A stretch of DNA of 64,000 bases, from contig OZ316775.1 of the NCBI GenBank assembly GCA_973851085.1, positions 20,274,001-20,338,000 on the forward strand. Reading direction: 5' to 3'. The position numbers and the translations under genes are program-made. Source of the DNA: Ptychomitrium polyphyllum. Lineage: Eukaryota. The stretch's first letter is position 1, and the number at the start of each line of letters is the position of its first letter. The notes under the pieces were generated by a model. It was given only the letters and a program-made list of their open reading frames with translations. It made no database searches and was not told the DNA's origin. Below, in pieces: positions 54,636 through 64,000 of this stretch.

Positions 54636-57600
54636 TGCGAATGATGGGAAAGATATTCTAAAACACTGTACTCCACAACACACTCCTACTAGGTAAAACT
54701 GAACTTCACCAGCTTGGCATCAAGATGAATTCGTAGAGATCAGAAAGATAGTTCTGAAACAGAAAAACTTCCAGCTTTAGAGGTGGATGGGAAACAACTC
54801 CGGAACGACTACAACTCTCTCTCTGCTCTCCCAATTCGAAAATCTAACACAGAAACATGTGAGATTGTACATGAACTCGCTATCTTACGAACCCCGACAC
54901 TAGAGTTGTGCTAGGCGACTTTATGGGTCTCTGATCCCTCTAGCTCGGAAGAGGCACTTAGAGAAGGGGTTCAAAACTGCAAACTTTGAGAGAAGGAGAA
55001 GTTTAGCAGGAACTTCTTGGTTGCAGATAAGTTACGATAGTCTTTTCATGATAGTGGCAGACACGGAAAAGTTTGTAAGTTGTAACCTGGACCTGCAGTA
55101 ATGGGAACCTATATATAACTCGACGCATGAAAAAAGTTGCTATATTTGCACAAGCATTCTTTCTTCTAGAAGTTTTGCTGTGTGTGTGTGGAACACGAAC
55201 AGTCAACTCTGCAATAACTGATGTTCGTGCTGCTGTTCGGCGCGTGGTCTCCAGTCTGGCCTTCTTCCTCGTAACTTTCCCATGACTTGTAGAGTTCTCA
55301 TAACTGGCCTCCGTCGATTGCCCGGCTTATTTCTCGTCCTCTGAGTCGATGTCTCAATAAACATCTTTGTAAACTTCCCGCCAGTGGGAAACTACCTTGT
55401 TGTAAGCTTTCGCCGAGAAATAATACACTGTATTTATTCTCCGGTGTCAAAGTTGTTCCTTTTCTGAAAAAAACATAAAAACTTTCAAAAGTCGACTCCT
55501 GGTTTGTTTCTTCACAGCTGTTGCAAGTAGTCAAGGCTCCTTCCATGCATTGCTCTAGGAAAATTTAGGTGGTACAATGATCATACAATTACACTACCTT
55601 GATGATACCTAGATGAAGTTTTGGTTTGAAGATGCCAGGGACCTCTGTGGCCAATGCATTCTCTTCCTTTTGAGATTACTTTAAGAGCAGTTAGCTATAT
55701 GCAAGTTGACCCTAGATCAATCTTATTTTATTATGATTTTTATGGAAAGGCGACAATGATTGCTGGTTACAGATTCATTATTTACATCTACACCACTTCT
55801 ACCTTCACATGCATACTCCAGCAAGAAAACCTCAAACAAGGCAAAACTGTTTTACTCATTGCAAGTCACCTTTCGTCTCCAAACATACTAAGTTTTATGT
55901 TGTAAAGCAGGAACTTTTAGCTATTCGCAGCCAGATTACGACACCTAAAACAGGGTGGTTAGTTTGAATGAAGAATTTTTGAAAGTAAGTAGAGTTGACC
56001 CTCCTTAAATGTTAAGCCTTTAGAGCGGAAAAGAAATAACATCTAAAGAGAACACATTTACGTAGTTAACGTTAATTAAGAACAAAAGTTGCAAAAAATA
56101 ACAATTATCGATAATAAGAAGTACATACGGGATGTATGGCCATAATTTACACATGTATTTCATCGGCATCATTGTGCATCACCAAATACCACCCAGGTAT
56201 CACATGAGTAGACATGAGAAAGAGTCACTGCAGCAGAGTTTCGGAGGTGGGGACCACGTGTTGAACAAGCTCTTAATCCAAATTGCAAGTAGCAAACAGA
56301 AAGCGGTTGCCAGCCGGAGGAATGAAGTTTGACCTCCAGCATATTAGTGCTGAAAGCTCAAAAGATTCTCCGTCGGTCCTATGTCAACGTTCACGGTCAC
56401 AGAGCGCAACCAGTAGAAGCTTCCACGGTGAATGGTACTACTGTTCAGATCTCAAGCGTGGTGTCGACGCCAGAAGTCCAGGATTCTCGAGCCTTGCGGA
56501 GAAAGCTTGCCGGGATTCGCAGCCCAGCGCTTTGCGTTGCATGAGAAGCCTCGGAGAATAAGCTTTGATGATCGAGCATTGCGGAGAATGTCAGTGCAGA
56601 TCGGAACCTCCTGGATGTTACGAAGCAGCCTTCGAAATTGTGTTGCCGAGCCACGCCATTGCCAGACCTGGCGCGCAACTGATATTTTTAGGCTTTTAGT
56701 AGGATTTCAGACTCGTTTGTTATTTTTAGGGTTTGGATTTGTGGGGTTCCACTCCTGCTTTGGCGATTCTGCTTGTCGCGTTTGAGTGCGAGTGTGAACG
56801 TTGGTAACAGTCAGTCTGGGAGTCCTGCTTGATGCATCTTTAGCCGGAGTCTTGACTATCTCAGGTTGTGGTGTAGGATTTTGGGATGGTTGTTATCAAG
56901 GAGTTTGTAGACATGTTTAGACGAGATGCATCAGAAAGATGTGACTTTGGTTTCGGTTATGCTAGTAACTTATGTTCATAGCTGTAGGGGTCTATACCAT
57001 GTCAGCTGGTGGTGTGGGTTTTGGGGTTTAGAGTTCTGTCATCCTTTTTGTTTTCCAGGGATGCGCAGGTTTGTTTAGAGATGATGCGGAAAGACGTGCT
57101 TTCTGTCGATCTGACCATTTAGTCTTGCCGCGCACTCTGGCTCGCCTCTCGGTTCTGATGCTTGTACTGCTTGTGTTCTTCGCTATCGCCAGACTCGTGC
57201 CTGAAGTCGTCTTCGTCCATGTCCGTGCGGGTGCTGGAGTTCGTACTAACCTATATACAAGTGGAGGTGGTGGTTTTTAAAGAGGATTCTCAATAGTTTT
57301 ATTGCGGAGAAGGTTAAACCTCTGTAGTGAGGGATAGAGTGGGGCGTCGACGACGGCCATGCAGCCGCCGCGACGTGCTGACCCATCCTTCACCCCCGCT
57401 GTGCGACCAGGTTTGTAACGAAGACTTTGTTCTGGGTCTGTATCTGCTGGATAAGGAGTTGGTGGTCCAACAATTGCATTTAGGCTGTCGAGGATGGCAA
57501 CAGCGTCATCCCTGTATTGACCTTTGTCGAAACCGAATTTCTCACAGCAGTAGTCGGCATGCCCATTTTTGCCTATTCAATCTGAGAACCTGGTATTAGT

Positions 57601-60289
57601 GATAGTGATTATGTTGCATAGGGAACCTGGTATTAGTGATTATGTTGCAGAGGTTCATTGATAAGTGATTGCAAGTGAAGTAAGTGGTTAGGAACTTACT
57701 GAGGGTTTAATTTGTTTTGTTATGGAAGGATCATCAACGGTCAATGTGCCAGCAAAGTGAACCTTTTTAGATGGTCTAAATTAATTTGCTCCAATATCAC
57801 TATCTGGCTTGCGCTTTAGGTTATTTTCTCCCTCAGTAACCCCTACATTGCAACCCCTACATTGGATATAGGATTAGGTGACATTGCTACGGTCCGTCCT
57901 CCTCCTCATTTGTTCCGCATATCCTTCTATTGGTCAATTGTGATAGCTGTTTAATTGCACTTTGATGTGCCAAGTTTATAACGGCTTGTATTTGCACGTT
58001 CATGTTTATGGATTGCTGCAAAGTGTGTATTGTTGACAATTAAGTGCTGGCTGTGTTAGCGTCACAATGTCCTTGCAAGGTTGAACCTTGAACACTGATT
58101 CCTAAACGTTGTGATCTTGTTGGGCAAAAATCCTCTTCCGTGTAAGATGGCTTCAATACGTCTTCTTTTTGCCTAAAAGACAACTTCCTCTACTCCTTAC
58201 CTATTGCCTTTGCCATGATACACAATGTGAGAGCGTTTTTCCAAGAAGAAGAGGTGTTGCAAGGAAATCTTTCCCTTTGATGCAACATGCTTCTTTTTCT
58301 TTTTCTTGGCCTTTGTTTTTGAATTAGTAGCAACAACTTTTAGTGGGGTTATATCAAAGTGCAAGTCTACAAGAGGTGGCATTGGATTAATAGTGTGCCA
58401 TTTCTTGCAACCAAGTCTTAGCGTTAGATTGTAAGTGTCATTGTCTTCTTTGATTTCATTATTTGTTTAATTGTCATTTTCCTCTACATCCATCAAGGAA
58501 TCTTTTTGTATGGCATCTTTTGTCCAAACCTCCACCATATTATCTTATCTAGGCAAAAAGTCAAGATAAGAAAGCAGCAAGGCTTGGGTGTAGTCAACAA
58601 ATGATGTTTTGAATCAACAAAGGAATATTTTATTGAAACCAGAGAATCTTCAATTGAAAGCAATGATTATAACCACAACATCCCATTTTGACAAAATTTG
58701 GAAGGCTTTGAAGAATGACGTCTTTGTTTCAAATATAAAGAAGCGCCTCAAAGACAATGGAGGTCCTTCAAATAGCGATGAAGACTTTGAATTCCAAAAG
58801 AGCCTACATTTTTATAAAGGACTTTTGTACCTACCTCTAGGCCCTTTGCGGTTGAAGATCCTTCCAACACGTCATGATTTTCCAGCAACAGGACATTTTG
58901 GATTCAATAAAACAATGGAGTTGATTGCAAAAGACTATTGGTGGCCACAAATGTGGAAGTACGTGAAGGATTTTATTCGATTATGCGACACTTGTGCAAG
59001 AACTAAGGTACCAAGGCACTAACCTCATGGTCTCCTCCATCCGCTTCCAGTGCTAAAGGGCCGATGGTTGTCTTTATCAATGGATTTTATCACAGACCTT
59101 CCAAATTCCGATTCTAAGGATTCTATTTTGGTAGTGGTGGATCGATTTACCAAAATGGCACATTTCATTCCATGCAACAAGACGCTAACCGGAGAAGAAA
59201 CTGCCAAGTTGTTCCTAAATCACGTCTACCGCATACATGGACTATTAGATGATGTTGCATCCGATTGGGGGCTGCAATTCATTTCCAATTTTTGGAGGGC
59301 TCTATTCCAACTGTTGCATATAAAGATCAATCTTTTTTCAGTACACCATCCGCAAACTGATGGCCAAACCGAACGTGTGAATCAAATTTTGGAGCAGTAC
59401 CTTTGTTGTAGCATAAACTACCAAGAAGACAACTGGATGGACCTCTTGCCTTTGGCAGAATTTGCTTACAACAATATGGTGCATTCTACAACAATATGGT
59501 GCATTCTTCAACAACTCAAAGTCCATTCTTTGTAAACTATGGGCATCATCCTCGAACATATCCATTTCAAATGAAGCATGTTGGAAGTCCTGCAGCAAAG
59601 GATTTTGCAATTCAACTTGCTAAAATCCATCAAGAAATTACCTTCCAGTTACAACAAGCTCAAGATCGTTACAAAACTTATGCAAATTGCCATCGAAAGA
59701 ACCATCCAAAGTTCAAGGTTGGAGATAATGTATGGCTTCTACAACAAAATATACAAACAAAAAGACCATCAAAGAAGTTGGACTATAAAAAGCTGGGACC
59801 ATTTGAAATCAACAAACAAATAAATCCGGTTAGTTATTGCTTAAAGCTACCACCAAGCATGCAAATTCATCTAGTATTCCACGTATTGTTGTTGGAAACC
59901 TATAACAAATCATGTATACCAGAGAGAATTGTCCCTCCGCCTCCTCCGTTGGAAATCAATAATAAAATTGGATATGAAGCAGAAGAGATCTTAGATTCAC
60001 ACATCAAGAACGGATGTGTGGAGTACCTTATACATTGGTAAGAATATAGCATCAATGACCGAACATGGGAACCTTCAACGAATGTATCAAATGCATCCAA
60101 GAAGGTACGCGAATTTCATCAAAGATATCCTTAGAAACCAGGTCAGTGATGATGTGTCATCAATAGCCGTTAGCTTTACAGAGAAGTTTTTGCTTCATAG
60201 ACAAGTATAAGAAGGGAGGAGAGATATCCAAACCTCCAATTGTATGCAGCATTATTTCCAAGATAGATCATTTCTAGATCCTAGCCAGT

Positions 60290-60748
60290 ATGTCAAATCT
60301 TTGTGTTATCATGGATATGCGTGAAGAGCAGTTGACCATGCCTTCATCAACAACAGCATTTGTTGAGCCAATTCAACTTTCTCAATCCTCGGTAACGGAG
60401 GATCTAAGTCAAAATATGAGAGGGACATCCCAACGTTGAGTACGACCTCGTGCTGAAGTATTAACTAGTCGCCCTTTACATTCCAGTCTTGATTCAGATG
60501 CTCGCGCTTTAGTCATCTTGTTAGAAATTGGAAGGATCACTCCTGGAGGACCCGAAATCTTGTTTGGAGGTTGTTTCGAAGGACTTAATGAAGATCAGAT
60601 CTTGGGATGGGACATTTCAACAATACAAGTCTTGGCTGGTGGTCATCGACGCTTCTTGCAAGGACCAGTTGAACCAGTGAACAAAGAACAACGAGCAGAG
60701 TATGTTGCTTCACTCCTTCGACAAATTTTGAAATTTGTAGAAATGTGA
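60290..60748 (+). pseudogene. Extra sense ORF (~152 codons, one internal stop) between pol and the PPT of the chromovirus; function unknown
   Basis: MSNLCVIMDMREEQLTM...QR*VRPRAEVL...LLEIGRITPGGPEILFGGCFEG...LLRQILKFVEM*. A colinear frame occurs at 25471-~25929 and its start at ~62637. Confidence 0.55.
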
Positions 60749-60803
60749 TAAGCAAGCCAAGAAATTAACTCCTCATGGAACTTGTCGCTAAATGGGGAGG
60801 TGA

Positions 60804-61376
60804 TGTCACGGACATAGATCATGCAACATAGTCCTTAGAACATCCTAGAACCTTCTAGTATACTATAATAGCTTCTTAGAATACTTTTAGATGTCTCCAT
60901 AGTCTTTCCATTTACTTAGGAAGCTTCCTAGGAAAATTCCTCCACCTTAGGAAACTTCCTAAGAAGGTTTTATCATCTTAAGTTATTTCCTAGGAAGGTT
61001 CCATCACCATAGGAAACTTCCTAGGAAGGTTCTACCTTTTTAGGAAACTTCCTAAGAAAGTTCCAACATCCTTGGAAGCTTCTTAGGAAGGTCCCAACAT
61101 CTTAGGAAACTTCTTGGGAAGATTCCTTAGACTTCCAAAACATTCTTAAGCCTTGTAGGAAGCTTCTTTAGAAGTATCCTAGGAGATACAAACGTCCTAG
61201 TATAAATAGGAGACAAGACAAGGTATTCCTTAGTCTTACCAACACAAGTTGTGGATCATCTTGAATCCTGCCTTATTCTAGTCTTTGTATCAAAGTTCTT
61301 GTTAATCATTAGCTCTTTGGAAGCTAATTCTTGGGAAACACTTCATTTCCGCTTCTTGTTTCTTGTGTCCCTAACA
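60804..61376 (+). repeat. LTR of the chromovirus family
   Basis: TGTCACGG...CTAACA termini. TATAAATA at 61201. Homologous to the LTRs at 19996 and 25985. Confidence 0.92.
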
Positions 61377-61377
61377 A

Positions 61378-62704
61378 TATCAAGACACCAATTTCATGGT
61401 CTCCTACATCCGCTTCTAGTTGCAAACGACCTATGGTTGTCATTGTCAATGGATTTTATTGCGGTTCTTCTAAACTCCAATTTCAAGGATTCTATTTTGG
61501 TAGTGGTGGATTGATTTACCATGATGGCACATTTCATTCCATGCAACAAGACAGTAACGGGAGAAGAAACTGCCAAGTTGTACATAAATCACATCTACCG
61601 CATATATGGACTATCAAATAATGTTGTATCCAATCGAGGGCTGCAGTTCATTTTCAACTTTTGAAAAGCTCTATTCCAGTTGTTGTGCGTAAAGATCAAC
61701 CTTTCTTCAGCACACCATCCGCAAATTGATGGTCAAATCTAACGTATGAATAAAATTTTGGAATAGTGCCTTCATTGCAGCATAAACTGCCACCAAGTCA
61801 ACTGGATGGACCTCTTATTTTTGGCAAAGCTTGCTTACAATAGTACAATGCATTCTTCAACAATTCAAAGTCCATTCTTTGTAAACTATGGCCATCATCC
61901 TTGAGCAGAGCCATTTCAAGTGAAGCATGTTAAAAATCCTGCAGTACAGGATTTTACAATTCAACTTGCTAAAATCTACTAAGAACTTGCTTTCTTGTTA
62001 GAACAAGTTCAAGATCGTTAAAAATCTTATGTAGATTGTCATTGGAAGGACCATCCAAAGTTCAAGGTTGGGGATAGCGTATGGTTTCTAGGACAATATA
62101 TAAAAACAAAAAGACCGTTGAAGAAGTTGGACTATTAAAGGTTGGGACAATTTGAAATCAGCAAATGGATAAATGTGGTCAGTTATTGCTTTAAACTACC
62201 ACCAATCATGTATATTCATCTTGTGATCCTCGTATTGTTGTTGGAAACCTACAATAAGTCATGTATATTAGAGAGGGTTGTCGATCCGCTTTTTCCGGTG
62301 GGAATCGATAATGAAATAGGTTATGAAGTTGAAGAGATCTTAGATTTACGCATCAAGAACGGATGTGTGGAGTACCTTATACATTGGCGAGGATATGGCA
62401 TCAATGATTGAACATGGAAACCTTTGATGAACATAATAAATGAATCTGAAAAGGTATGCAATTTTCATCAAAGATATTCCTAGAAACCAAGTTAGTAATG
62501 AACTAGTATCAATAGCCATTAGCGTCACAAAGAAGATTTTTCCTTAGACAAGTATAAGAAGAAGGGAAAGATATCTAAACCTTCATTTATATGCAACATT
62601 ATTTCTAAGATAGATCATCTATAGATCCTAGTTAGTATGTCAAGTCTTTGTGCTATTATGAATATGCGTGAAGAGTAGTCGTCTGTTTCTTCTTCAACAG
62701 CAAT
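61378..62704 (+). mobile_element. Third chromovirus fragment (integrase core to start of the extra ORF), truncated at both ends
   Basis: Colinear with 59010-60360. LSLSMDFI, DSILVVVD and chromodomain YEVEEILDLRIKNGCVEYLIHWRGY. Confidence 0.88.
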
Positions 62705-64000
62705 TGTAAGCATAAATTAGCCCTCGCTATACAAAAAGCCAATTTAGTTCATACAGTTCTAATGAGGCTATGGTTATCTAAATTGCATTGTAGTCTAAGG
62801 TAAGATTTGTTTAAATTATAATCAAATTCATAACTATTCAAGTCTTCTCATATATTAGTGAACATCTAACTAGAAGTGTAGTAAAATAGCTAGTCCTAAA
62901 TTACTACTTATTTACTACAATTCTAATGACTTAATATGCTAGAAGGCTTTAATGAGTTGGTTGGCCCTGATTTAAGAAGGTATTTTTCCTTATTTAGTGA
63001 TCCAAACCACTAGCCACCAAACTATTACTTTAATCAACCTCACAACATTTTCTGCTTAAGGCAGCAAGACCCCTTACATCCAATCGGATGCCACGGGTGC
63101 TTTACAACTTCAATTCTTATAATTTTGGTGTTTATAAAATTGCAATTATTAAATATAACTTCTTCCAAAATTTCAAAACCTCATTTCTAAAGGCAAGAGA
63201 GAAAAAAACCAAAATTTGAGGGCAAGTTTCAACTCTAAGTAGGCACAATGAAATTGCTAGCTGTAAACCTTGTCGCACCGAATTGGCCGTCACCTACGCT
63301 TTATAGCTCCAAATCTTGTGATCTTAATGTGTATAAAGTCTTCACAACTTGATCTACCCACTCCAACAGTTCTCGCTTTGTTTGAAATTGTATGTGCAAT
63401 GATCTGCTCTTCCAAAGTCAAGAATCTTGACGGCAGCTAACCTCCTTCTATTAAATACGCCGCCACCGCCTCATCACTTATTGGAATTGGGCGGCCCTTA
63501 GCTTGTTAAAATCCATACTTCTTCTAGCTCATTTTTACAAAAACCTACTATCATAACTACTATTGTTAATTTACAATCTTTTTTCTATTGAAGTCATTAG
63601 AAGTAGAGAAGAAGATTGCACAAGCATAGAACCACACAAAGTAGTACCAACAATGCTTGGAGTGAGATATTGCCTTCTCTTGAAGGCCTTTACTTATACT
63701 ATCACGTAGTGACGTCTCAAGCACCTTTTAAGGTCCTTCTCAAGTATCTTGCAAGTAGCTTTCCAAAGCCACTTGCAAGTTTCTTTATGCCGATTCATAC
63801 ACCCACTTGTCCTTGCCTTCCCATGCAAGACATGTGGGTTGGTCCTACCACATTGACCGTGTACCATATATATACCTCTTAAGTGGCTTTCACCTCTCTC
63901 CCTTTTCTCCCAATTTTCTCTCCTTCTATATCTACCACAATACAATACCATTTACACCATCGTAAATACTAGCAACTCTAATCTCCAACTTTCCCACTTT
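62705..64000. mobile_element. Possible LTR of another element interrupting the third chromovirus fragment
   Basis: Homology ends abruptly at TGTAAG (62705). A TATA-like motif followed by a CT-rich tract lies at ~63867-63930. No partner end is visible. Confidence 0.3.

Larger units (their letters stand above)
58600..61376 (+). mobile_element. 5'-truncated copy of the same chromovirus (integrase, chromodomain, extra ORF, PPT, LTR)
   Basis: HDFPATGHFG...CDTC zinc finger, SMDFITDLP, HPQTDGQTERVNQ, GPF and chromodomain motifs. PPT AAATGGGGAGG. LTR at 60804-61376. Confidence 0.92.

Overview
Eukaryotic, intron-rich plant genomic DNA. Gene content, intron style and the retroelement families suggest a moss, probably Physcomitrium/Funariaceae (inference). 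Six spliced protein-coding genes were reconstructed by hand: a 5'-truncated tafazzin/NAPE-synthase-like acyltransferase (+), Derlin-1 (+, with a U12-type intron), an intron-containing SCL14/LISCL-type GRAS factor (-), an SGB1/pGlcT-family sugar porter (-), a DEDD 3'-5' exonuclease + KH protein (+, with a GC-AG intron) and a C2-domain protein (-). Between them lie a full-length decayed chromodomain-bearing Ty3/Gypsy element (ATAAG target-site duplication) with a solo LTR nested in its 3' LTR, a second inverted solo LTR of that nested family, two more truncated copies of the chromovirus, Copia relics and small tandem repeats. The most notable observations concern the chromovirus: a primer-binding site complementary to its own LTR (Tf1-like self-priming) and an extra ~152-codon ORF of unknown function between pol and the polypurine tract. 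Exon boundaries were read manually and may be off by a few bases.
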